The notes beneath the pieces are model-generated. The model was not told the origin of the DNA and made no database searches. It was given only the letters and a program-made list of their open reading frames with translations. DNA of 56,491 nt from a virus (taxonomy: Duplodnaviria; Caudoviricetes): positions 1 to 56,491 of IMG/VR virus record IMGVR_UViG_3300042564_002455; one strand, 5' to 3'. A program made the position numbers and the translations under genes. Shown here in pieces: positions 48,533 to 56,491 of this stretch. The stretch's first letter is position 1; each line of letters opens with the position of its first letter.

Positions 48533-49233
48533 TATTTCAATTCTTTTAATTTTTTTATTACATCTACCAATACCTTAACATCTCGTTCGCAGTATTCAGC
48601 AATCTCTTTTAATTTACCATCATTCCAATAAGCGTCGTGAACTTTTTCTCCTGTAATCTCACCCTCTTTTGGTGAAGGTATGTCCATACAAGTACACATT
48701 AAATCCAAAGACCCAATTGAGGTATAAGAACCGAACTGCCAAATTTCTTTGGTATCAATTGCTTTAATTTCCCAAGGTTTTGTGTCGTAACTCGGAAGTA
48801 TAGATGGCGGTAACAATCCATTAATAACCATTCGTTTTGCTAACATCGGAATATCAAAATTCTTTAAGTTATGACCACACAAATAAAATCCTAATTTACC
48901 ACATCTTTCCAATAAGTTTTGACTATCCAACAATACCTGTTTCTCATCATCACCTGAAAAAGTTTGTGATTTAATATCACCCTTATCTGTTACGAATGAA
49001 ACTGATACACAAACAATTTTTGCGAATTCAGGAACAAGTGCAGTTCTTTTTGAAAAAACATAATCAAACGATTTGTCGTGGTCTTCAGGAAATCTCTTTT
49101 GAAACCAATCAAAGTATTTTGAGAATTGTTCGGCAATCTCAGGACTATCACTTTTACAAGTGTTATAGTCCTTAGATATACCTACAGTTTCAATGTCCAA
49201 AAATAATATTTTAGTAATTGGGATGTTTATCAT
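48532..49233 (-). CDS. Stand-alone DEDDy 3'-5' exonuclease (PolB-exonuclease related)
   Basis: FLDIET, GHN...FDIP, IDT, YCERDV. Confidence 0.88.
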   Translation of the reverse strand: MINIPITKILFLDIETVGISKDYNTCKSDSPEIAEQFSKYFDWFQKRFPEDHDKSFDYVFSKRTALVPEFAKIVCVSVSFVTDKGDIKSQTFSGDDEKQVLLDSQNLLERCGKLGFYLCGHNLKNFDIPMLAKRMVINGLLPPSILPSYDTKPWEIKAIDTKEIWQFGSYTSIGSLDLMCTCMDIPSPKEGEITGEKVHDAYWNDGKLKEIAEYCERDVKVLVDVIKKLKELK

Positions 49234-50456
49234 TTGTTCTTTTTATTTACGATTTCTTTGTACCAATCGGCACGTTTTCTTGTTACATTATTTAAGTCAT
49301 AAGTGTCTTTTACTGTTTCATAAAGACGCTCACCCATATCAATAATCATATTTGGATTATCAACCAATTTCTTAATATTTGAAGCCCAATCACTATGATT
49401 TCTTGAATCTTTCACCAATAAAGCGTTTCCGTCAGTGAATTTACCGTCTTTAAGTGCGTGTTTCAAGTCAACCGTATAAGGTCCAACCTCAGATGCGATA
49501 ATTGCTTTCTTATAAAATCCCGCCTCAATAACTTTAAGTTGTGACTTAACACGGTTAAAGATGTGATTCTTAATTGGAGCTAATGAGATATCAAACTTTG
49601 AGTAATTAGTCGCGTATGATGTCACAGGTTTAGTCCAAACTCTTCGGTAGTTACCGAACTCCTCACCTTCATAATATTCTTCCTTAAACTTATCCAAGAA
49701 AATTTTATATTCAGGTGTAATAATTTGGTAATTATTGGTAAAGATCGACTCATACTTAGCCCACACAGTTTCGTGTGGTTCAATTGGTCGTTGTTTTTGT
49801 TCTCCCGTTTGTTGGTTAATTTCTGTGATAGTTCCTCTTGTATCGAACCCACAAACAACAAATTGTAATTTATCTTGTATGGGATTTAATTTTGAAACCA
49901 TGCCGTCCAATAACATCAAATCGTGTAAGTGAGATGATCCACCCAACCAACCAACACGAATCTTATCGGATGGTAATGTTAGTTCATTAAATTGACTTTC
50001 TTTCGGGTCAATCGCATTTGGGAAAATCTCCACATTTTTGTTGAACTTTTTAATCTCGTCAGCAAATATTGTAGTTGTCGTTGTCACATAATCAGGATGT
50101 CTAAGATTTTCCACGATTTTTTCGTTGATCTTATTAGCTCTTATAATGTCGTGAATTGGGTGTTCCTTGCCGGGCATCCAATAATCATCCAAATCAACAA
50201 TCGTAACAATACCCAAACTCTTTAACATTCTAATAATGTTAGGTGTTTGTTCGTACGAATGCCCAATATTTCTATGGATATGAACGATATGATATTGTTT
50301 CCAATAATTCATATCGTTAATTCGTGGTTCATAATCAATATCCACATGAAAATCATCAGGATACATATTTTGTAGGAAAGTGTGAGGGTCAACAGACCTG
50401 AATTTACCTACACCTGTTTTATCACTTGGTAGGACTAATACTTTAATTTTTGTCAT
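49230..50456 (-). CDS. GT-B/GT4-like glycosyltransferase
   Basis: GVGKFR...P, DLDDYW, FPNAID, VGWLGGSSH..DL, DISLAP....FN..KSQLK.IEAG. Confidence 0.88.
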   Translation of the reverse strand: MTKIKVLVLPSDKTGVGKFRSVDPHTFLQNMYPDDFHVDIDYEPRINDMNYWKQYHIVHIHRNIGHSYEQTPNIIRMLKSLGIVTIVDLDDYWMPGKEHPIHDIIRANKINEKIVENLRHPDYVTTTTTIFADEIKKFNKNVEIFPNAIDPKESQFNELTLPSDKIRVGWLGGSSHLHDLMLLDGMVSKLNPIQDKLQFVVCGFDTRGTITEINQQTGEQKQRPIEPHETVWAKYESIFTNNYQIITPEYKIFLDKFKEEYYEGEEFGNYRRVWTKPVTSYATNYSKFDISLAPIKNHIFNRVKSQLKVIEAGFYKKAIIASEVGPYTVDLKHALKDGKFTDGNALLVKDSRNHSDWASNIKKLVDNPNMIIDMGERLYETVKDTYDLNNVTRKRADWYKEIVNKKNK

Positions 50457-50478
50457 ATTCGATAATTCTATTTTTCAA

Positions 50479-50507
50479 AGTATAACAATAATTTATTAGT
50501 AATTCAA
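50479..50507 (-). promoter_or_regulatory. Sigma70-type promoter at the head of the long minus-strand operon
   Basis: Minus strand TTGAAT, 17-nt spacer, TATACT, just downstream of a terminator. Confidence 0.6.
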
Positions 50508-50520
50508 GTTTGGTAGAAAT

Positions 50521-50552
50521 AAAAAACCCCACGACTAATTGCCGTAGGGTTA
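50521..50552 (-). terminator. Intrinsic terminator
   Basis: Minus strand AACCCTACGGC...GTCGTGGGGTT-TTTT (G-U pairs). Confidence 0.75.
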
Positions 50553-50574
50553 TATAAAATTAATAAAACTAATA

Positions 50575-51183
50575 CTAACTAATTTTTTTGATTTTTGTTA
50601 ATTTACCTTCAAATATATGTTTACCAACTTTAAATGTAAACAAATCATTTGTTCTTGACGTACTCTCAACTAATAAACCATTTTCTTTTAACACATCTTC
50701 CACAGTTTCCCTAATAACGTCTCTAATTTCATTTAAGTTAATTGACGATTGTTGTTTAGGTAATGGTTGTGATTGTTGTGTTTTTTTAGGTGTTGATGTT
50801 TCATTAATCGAACCCTTACCAGTATTCATCAATCTAGCAGCTTTTTGTACTAGATCATCAGATATTGCCACCCCTCCTTGATTTGGTTGTTCAATCGGGT
50901 GTTCCATCATTAACCTTTTAATTTCGTCAGGTAATTTAGAACTTAGTATTCTATCCTTTGTTAATGGTTGTGGGTTATTATTAATTGGTTTACTGATTTC
51001 TGATTCACTTAGATATTCACTTGGTATATTATAAGACGCTTGTGGTGCGTTGTATTCAGCAACTTCCGGTGTTGAGTAGTTTGATAATCCTTCAGAAGCG
51101 TTTCCTCTCGGTATCTCACTATGTTTATCCATTATTTTTTTGGATATCATAAGTTTTTGTATCAAATCATTTTCTGTTCTCAT
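50575..51183 (-). CDS. Hypothetical late protein
   Basis: 202 aa, SKLPDEIK..M.EHPI, IRDVIRETVEDVLKE helix, many xxE sites. Confidence 0.75.
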   Translation of the reverse strand: MRTENDLIQKLMISKKIMDKHSEIPRGNASEGLSNYSTPEVAEYNAPQASYNIPSEYLSESEISKPINNNPQPLTKDRILSSKLPDEIKRLMMEHPIEQPNQGGVAISDDLVQKAARLMNTGKGSINETSTPKKTQQSQPLPKQQSSINLNEIRDVIRETVEDVLKENGLLVESTSRTNDLFTFKVGKHIFEGKLTKIKKIS

Positions 51184-51184
51184 G

Positions 51185-51592
51185 TTATGCTATTTGTTGT
51201 GTTGGTGTATTATCAAATTTTGCGTTAATTAAAACGTTTGTCATACTTTTATCCCCACTGAGATTGTAGTTTGGTCTAGCCTCGTTAAATGTACCCCCCG
51301 TTGGTTTATACATCACGATTTTATCCAATCTAAATAATCTCCAACTAGGTTTGGGTTGTTTACCCAAATAAGCGGTATGTGACGCCCCATCAGTATCCCA
51401 AGCCCTTAATACTAAGTTTCCTGCTTTACTATATCCTAAACAAACAGGTTCAATAATCCTTAACCCTTTACCACCAGGTTCGTCACCTGTATAGTAAATT
51501 GAGACGACTTGTCGCTTCTTAATAGAGTCGGTAACAGAGTCAACTGACGCTATCTCAAGGATAAGAGATTTTAAACTGTTGTAAAGTTTCAT
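51185..51592 (-). CDS. Stand-alone WYL-domain protein with short N-terminal leader
   Basis: V.IYY...R.IEP..LG...LRAW...WRLFRLDKI; leader MKLYNSLKSLILE. Confidence 0.8.
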   Translation of the reverse strand: MKLYNSLKSLILEIASVDSVTDSIKKRQVVSIYYTGDEPGGKGLRIIEPVCLGYSKAGNLVLRAWDTDGASHTAYLGKQPKPSWRLFRLDKIVMYKPTGGTFNEARPNYNLSGDKSMTNVLINAKFDNTPTQQIA

Positions 51593-51882
51593 TAAGCCTT
51601 AGGTGTTGTATATGGTCTGTTTACTTGGAAAGAATTGATTTTAATTTGTTCTTTTCTTTCTCTATTATCGTCAGACGAACCACCATTCAAGATGTCAAGA
51701 AAGATACCAGTACCTTTACCAAAAGCATCCCCATCTCCCATTGCGTCCTTATTAACGGACGAATATTCGTTTGCGTTTTGTTTGTAATCGTTTATTGTAA
51801 TTTCTTTTTTTCTTTCTTCTTTTGCGATTTGCCCCAAAGCGTTATTTGGTTGACTAAAATCAATTGGAAATAGTGCTGCCAT
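51592..51882 (-). CDS. Hypothetical protein with internal duplication
   Basis: ERKKEITINDY and ERKEQIKINSF repeats. Confidence 0.75.
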   Translation of the reverse strand: MAALFPIDFSQPNNALGQIAKEERKKEITINDYKQNANEYSSVNKDAMGDGDAFGKGTGIFLDILNGGSSDDNRERKEQIKINSFQVNRPYTTPKA

Positions 51883-51883
51883 G

Positions 51884-52354
51884 TTAAATTAATTTTTTCA
51901 TTAATTCGTTTATCCTTTTCAGGTTTTCTGTAATTTTTATGTCGTATTGGTCAACAGGGTTATTATGTGATTTACTAGGTCTATTCATTGTTGATAAATC
52001 GTCTTTAGTGTGGTCGGAATTAAATTGATTCGGTAACACTTCAGATCTATTTTTCTTCGTATTATAAATATCCGTTCTTAAATAATTTAACGTGTCATCC
52101 GCCCATTTTTTCATATAATCCCCACCATTTAAAATGTATGGAGCATCTTCCTTATTCCCATTATAGTTATCAAACCAACTTTTAATTCTTTTTAATTGTT
52201 GGTAAGTCATTGAATTTTTATTTTGGAGTTCTTCGTTTCTTTTCGCACCCTCTTCGTTTTCGGATGTTTCACCTATTGACATAGATGAGTTCTTAAGGTG
52301 ATTTTTAATCTCCACAGGTATCTTAATCTCTTTTCCGTATAATTCCTTATTCAC
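51884..52354 (-). CDS. Hypothetical putative head-associated protein
   Basis: TY.QLKRIKSWF...LNGG....KW motif; C-terminal ITENLKRINELMKKLI. Confidence 0.75.
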   Translation of the reverse strand: MNKELYGKEIKIPVEIKNHLKNSSMSIGETSENEEGAKRNEELQNKNSMTYQQLKRIKSWFDNYNGNKEDAPYILNGGDYMKKWADDTLNYLRTDIYNTKKNRSEVLPNQFNSDHTKDDLSTMNRPSKSHNNPVDQYDIKITENLKRINELMKKLI

Positions 52355-53198
52355 TTTTAAGAATTTTAATTAATTGGTTTATTGAAATACCTTCATTATC
52401 TGCGATTTTTTTAATTGCTTCAATATTTTTCTTTAACATTTTACTTACCGTAGTTTCTTTATTTTGAACTTCGGAATTATCTTTCGATCTTTTTGATAAC
52501 ATTTCATCAACCATCTTACCCATTTCCATTTTTTCTCTTTCGGAAATTGTCATCTTGGCAATAAAATCTTTATCGTTTTTATATTTAGATTTTTTATCTC
52601 TTTTTCCCGATGGGTCTTTACCAAATTGTTTTGTTCTTTGTTTTGCCTCATCAGGTTCCATTCCTAAACTCTTAACCAATGCTTGGAATGTATCCTTACC
52701 ATCCATATCTTTGGTTTCTTCATATCCGAAAGCGTCCGAATAATCAATTTCATTAACCGTGGGGTCTTCTTCAACACCCTCTCCGTAGTAAGTTCTATAA
52801 CCACGAGTAATAGGATTGTTGGTTTGTCTTGTCGCAACAATGGTTTGGTCCATTGTCCTTTTAGGTGTTAACCATTTATTAAGGATTGGAACTTTTGATG
52901 TCGACATTGTTCCATCATCATCAACCAACTCCTCAAGTTCGGTTGGTTTTTTATTTTTTATATTTTTTAAACTTTTTGTAACCTCATCGGTAGATTTTAC
53001 CGATTTATTTTTCATTATTTTACCAATCAAATTCTTAATTTTAGGACTATCTTTTTTATCAAAATCCATCTTCTCATCCTTCTTTCTTGACTCTGATAAT
53101 GTCTCTGACACGGAATAGTACAAAGATACCTTGTTACCTCTGTCCTTTAGAAAGAAATAGTAAGGTTTAGAAAAATATTCTTCATTAAAATTTATCAT
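52347..53198 (-). CDS. Hypothetical late protein
   Basis: 283-aa charged ORF, first gene behind the TATTTAT box at 53212-53218. Confidence 0.75.
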   Translation of the reverse strand: MINFNEEYFSKPYYFFLKDRGNKVSLYYSVSETLSESRKKDEKMDFDKKDSPKIKNLIGKIMKNKSVKSTDEVTKSLKNIKNKKPTELEELVDDDGTMSTSKVPILNKWLTPKRTMDQTIVATRQTNNPITRGYRTYYGEGVEEDPTVNEIDYSDAFGYEETKDMDGKDTFQALVKSLGMEPDEAKQRTKQFGKDPSGKRDKKSKYKNDKDFIAKMTISEREKMEMGKMVDEMLSKRSKDNSEVQNKETTVSKMLKKNIEAIKKIADNEGISINQLIKILKSE

Positions 53199-53201
53199 CG
53201 C

Positions 53202-53248
53202 TTTTTTATCAATAAATACTTCAATGTCGTGTATTTATCAATAAAAAA
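53202..53248. promoter_or_regulatory. Back-to-back divergent GTATTTAT promoter boxes
   Basis: Minus strand GTATTTATTGATAAAAAA versus plus strand GTATTTATCAATAAAAAA (16 of 18 identical, inverted). Confidence 0.7.
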
Positions 53249-53252
53249 TATA

Positions 53253-56200
53253 ATGGCTCAACAAAACATTAATCAATATGTTTATAAAAAATTTTATTTA
53301 AGTCCATATCTCTTAGATTTAACTGATATTTCTTTAGCTTCCGATGAAGTTGATTATAATCAAGAAGTTGTATTTTCACCTTATTTGATTGCTCAAACTC
53401 ACGGGAATAGATTACCATTTTATTTTGATTTAAATAGTACAGGTACAACAACACAACCCATATTAACTTATGGTAGTTATGATTTTAATAATGTTATTGT
53501 ATCCGAAAATTACTATAACCCCGATAATTTAGATTTAACTTGCTTAACTACTCATACCGCTTGTGATATTGGATTAACCGGTATTGATAACGGGTTAGTA
53601 ACAGGAATGACTGGTCAGTCAATTTCATTTACCAATGGATTATTGGGGAATTCTCAAAAATTCGACAGGTTATCTTTTGATAGACGATTAAAGTTTTTTC
53701 AAGTAACAGGTTATACTTCGGAACCTAATGTTCGTTTTTCAGGTATTACAGGTCAAACTCTATATGAAATAGTATCAAAAACGGGAGATACCGAAGGTTA
53801 CTACCAAGAACTATATGGTGGTTTTTACCAAGGATTCTATAAGTTATTTGGTTTTGATTATAATATTTTTCCGTCAAGGATGAATAAAGGTTGGTCTGTT
53901 GAAATGGTTTTGAAGCCTCGTTTAACAAATGAATTCACCCCGTCTTCAGGTCAAACAACATTAAATGAAATTTATCCAAATAATAAGAACACGTTCTTTT
54001 ATATGGGTACAAGAGCGGAAAACAAGTTTTATCACCACGCATCGGGTGTTCCATCTTCTGATACTGGATATACGAGAGTAACAGAGTCATTAGTTGATTG
54101 TTTAAAAACTTGTGCTTGCGCTGATACAGGTGTAACTAATTCAAGATGTGTCGATGTTTATAATCCAACAGGAATTACCGTAACTCACGATATTGGTTGT
54201 GGTTGTGGATGTTCAAACGGAACAATTAGTAATATACCTGACAAGGATCCAATATATGATTCTATGTCAAACGCGATGTCACTTAGATTATGTGGTGACG
54301 ATGACAATCCAAAAATTGGTGTAAGAATTCTAAGATTCACCGGTGATTGTGAAACTACAGGTTCTTGTGATACATCAGGAATTACATATACAACAGGATA
54401 TACTGTTGATGATTATTGTTCCGAAAATGGTATATATGATTATTGCGTTCCTGTTAATTCAGCTTTTACAATATCCGAACATTGGTTTTTAGTTGATGTT
54501 GTTTGGGAAAGATATACTTGGTTAGATACTTGCGATTTATTTTATAGAGGTGGGTTAGGAGATATTACCAAGTTTGAATATCTGGATTCGCTGGCAAACA
54601 ATTCCGTTTATTTAATAAAACCACCCGTAACTCACGATAATTTAACCCCTGAACAAATTGAGATCGTCCAATTAAACGAAAAATGGTTATTGGATGGTTC
54701 ATATAGAAAAGGTAGATTAAAAATTTATGTTAATGGTAAAGTTTTCTTTGTTGTTGAGGATGTTGAAGAAATTATACCTCGTGGTTTAAATACCGAAAAA
54801 GAAAAACAATTAGGAGTTCCTTTCAGTATAAGTTGGGGTGGTGGAACACAAGGGTTAAGAGAGAACTTAACTTTCTCTGCGTGTCCTACAGGTAACACTA
54901 GTGTTTATATTCAAGACCCCGAATTATTTCCTAACAATGTATTAAGTGGAACTTCTTTGTCCGCTCTGACTACAAATATTTTAATTGAACAAAATTTTGC
55001 CGGTACTTTTGATGGGGGAATATCTCAATTCAGAATGTATGTTTCTCCACTTTCCGCTCCGGAGGTTAAACACAATTTCTCAATATTAAAACCAACATTT
55101 AATTTATTTGATCCTGATTGTCCTAATTGTGGTATTACTTGTTTGCCTAATGATTTTACTTTTAGTATATTACCAACACCCACGCCAACTCAAACTCCGA
55201 CTAACACTGCAACACCTACTAATACTTCAACTATAACACCCACACTTACTCCTACCCCTACTAACACTGTTACATCTAGTGTAATAATACCTGTTGTAAC
55301 ACCGACAAATACCCCAACTAATACTCAGACTAGAACCCCGGCTAAAACTCCATTCGCAACTCAAACCCCAACTAAAACACCAACTCCAACTAATACCACA
55401 ACTAACACAACTACACCTACACAAACTCAAACTCCGACTAATACTCAGACGCCAACTAATACAAAAACGCCAACACCTACCAATACCCCAACACCAACTA
55501 ACACAATTACTCAAACACCAACTAACACAGAAACTACAACTCAAACCCCAACCCCAACCAATACAAAAACGCCAACTAAAACATCTACACCTACAAATAC
55601 TCAAACACCAACTAATACTCAAACGCCAACTAACACCCAAACACCTACAAATACTAAAACTCCGGCAAAAACTCCATTCCCAACACAAACACCAACAAAA
55701 ACAACAACACCAACAAATACCACAACCCCTACTAATACGGTAACACCTACCATCACTACCACAATAACCCCAACCCCAACCAATACAAAAACGCCAACTA
55801 AAACATCCACTCCAACTAACACAGTTACTCCAACCACAACACCAACTAATACTCAAACACCAACTAATACCCAAACACCCACAAATACTAAAACACCAAC
55901 TAAAACACCGACATCAACTAATACTCAAACTCCAACTAACACTCAGACTCCGACTAATACAAAAACACCTACAAACACTAGAACCCCGGATAAAACTCCA
56001 TTCGCAACTCAAACACCCACAAAAACAACAACGCCAACTCAAACCACGACTGATACGTCCACTCCGACACCGACCCAAACTCCGACTAATACTCAGACGC
56101 CAACTAATACAAAAACGCCAACACCTACCAATACCCCAACACCAACTAACACAATTACTCAAACACCAACTAACACTATTACCCCAACTAACACTATTAC

Positions 56201-56491
56201 CCCAACTAATACTAAAACTCCAACACCAACTCCAACAACTACAAATACTCAAACTCCAACTAACACTATCACACCAACACCTACAAAAACACCCACAAAC
56301 ACTAGAACTCCGGATAAAACTCCATTCGCAACTCAAACCCCTACAAAAACAACAACACCAACAAATACTGAAACCCCAACTAATACCCCAACTCAAACAA
56401 CAACACCAACAAATACTACCACGCAAACACCAACTAAAACGTCCACACCTACAATTACGACTACACCTTCAAACACCTCAACACCAACAAA
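53253..56491 (+). CDS. Large putative virion protein: Cys-containing LamG/ConA-like region followed by a Thr/Pro mucin-like tract (3' end outside window)
   Basis: Manual translation from ATG 53253 (MAQQNINQY...) shows no stop through the end of the window (about 1079 codons). GRLKIYVNG...SWGGG...[11 protein letters not shown]...LS..EV is LamG-like. Absent from the ORF track because there is no stop. Confidence 0.85.
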   Translation, partial: MAQQNINQYVYKKFYLSPYLLDLTDISLASDEVDYNQEVVFSPYLIAQTHGNRLPFYFDLNSTGTTTQPILTYGSYDFNNVIVSENYYNPDNLDLTCLTTHTACDIGLTGIDNGLVTGMTGQSISFTNGLLGNSQKFDRLSFDRRLKFFQVTGYTSEPNVRFSGITGQTLYEIVSKTGDTEGYYQELYGGFYQGFYKLFGFDYNIFPSRMNKGWSVEMVLKPRLTNEFTPSSGQTTLNEIYPNNKNTFFYMGTRAENKFYHHASGVPSSDTGYTRVTESLVDCLKTCACADTGVTNSRCVDVYNPTGITVTHDIGCGCGCSNGTISNIPDKDPIYDSMSNAMSLRLCGDDDNPKIGVRILRFTGDCETTGSCDTSGITYTTGYTVDDYCSENGIYDYCVPVNSAFTISEHWFLVDVVWERYTWLDTCDLFYRGGLGDITKFEYLDSLANNSVYLIKPPVTHDNLTPEQIEIVQLNEKWLLDGSYRKGRLKIYVNGKVFFVVEDVEEIIPRGLNTEKEKQLGVPFSISWGGGTQGLRENLTFSACPTGNTSVYIQDPELFPNNVLSGTSLSALTTNILIEQNFAGTFDGGISQFRMYVSPLSAPEVKHNFSILKPTFNLFDPDCPNCGITCLPNDFTFSILPTPTPTQTPTNTATPTNTSTITPTLTPTPTNTVTSSVIIPVVTPTNTPTNTQTRTPAKTPFATQTPTKTPTPTNTTTNTTTPTQTQTPTNTQTPTNTKTPTPTNTPTPTNTITQTPTNTETTTQTPTPTNTKTPTKTSTPTNTQTPTNTQTPTNTQTPTNTKTPAKTPFPTQTPTKTTTPTNTTTPTNTVTPTITTTITPTPTNTKTPTKTSTPTNTVTPTTTPTNTQTPTNTQTPTNTKTPTKTPTSTNTQTPTNTQTPTNTKTPTNTRTPDKTPFATQTPTKTTTPTQTTTDTSTPTPTQTPTNTQTPTNTKTPTPTNTPTPTNTITQTPTNTITPTNTITPTNTKTPTPTPTTTNTQTPTNTITPTPTKTPTNTRTPDKTPFATQTPTKTTTPTNTETPTNTPTQTTTPTNTTTQTPTKTSTPTITTTPSNTSTPT
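55172..56491 (+). repeat. Hierarchical coding repeat: (T-X)n, TPTNT(Q/K) hexamers and a 324-nt super-period
   Basis: aaaactccattc (KTPF) at 55344, 55668, 55992 and 56316; 101-nt exact repeat at 55428-55528 and 56076-56176. Confidence 0.92.

Noticed and set aside
55227-56426. Minus-strand Cys/Trp/Gly-rich and Val/Gly-rich ORFs (55227-55874, 55619-55837, 55914-56426)
   Set aside because: Antisense shadows of the plus-strand Thr/Pro repeat (ACN/CCN codons give stop-poor reverse frames)
55172-56491. Possible CRISPR array, telomere-like or origin repeat
   Set aside because: No constant repeat with unique spacers; variation is codon-phased and in frame with the 53253 ORF
1-56491. Stop-codon reassignment as seen in some jumbo phages
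   Set aside because: Core genes are intact in the standard code, coding density is high, and TAA, TAG and TGA all end genes at tight junctions
1-56491. tRNA, rRNA or other structured RNA genes
   Set aside because: Intergenic gaps are short and AT-rich, and no cloverleaf or T-loop signature was seen by eye; a covariance-model scan would be needed to exclude them fully

Overview
AT-rich segment of a large T4-like (jumbo) tailed phage genome, read in the standard bacterial code. Host is probably Bacteroidota/FCB, based on a T9SS cargo gene, a DUF4494-like gene, A-rich leaders lacking Shine-Dalgarno sites and a sigma54-type hsp20 promoter. From left to right: a peptidase fragment; divergent clpC and hsp20; putative head-internal and cell-wall hydrolase genes (two M23 proteins, one fused to a Pol-beta-type nucleotidyltransferase); the head module (terminase, portal, prohead protease, scaffold, major capsid); small accessory genes; a T9SS-tail protein; baseplate-like genes; a gp55-like sigma factor; a roughly 19 kb glycosylation region with phoH, dut and an exonuclease; a small late operon with a stand-alone WYL protein; and a >1000-aa LamG-like protein ending in a Thr/Pro mucin-like tract that runs off the window and is missing from the ORF track. 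Most interesting candidates: (1) a capsid-cargo addressing system, with a portable MKK.(I/V)RLTE(S/A)D(L/I) leader and (L/I)xE protease sites on unrelated proteins; (2) possible virion glycosylation, pairing a fucose/carbamoyl/methyl glycan island with a Thr-rich protein that has an exact 324-nt higher-order period; (3) a sense-strand TATTTAT promoter motif, the reverse complement of the T4 late box; (4) linker-mediated domain shuffling between the two M23 genes. All protein-family calls come from motif recognition by eye, not database searches.
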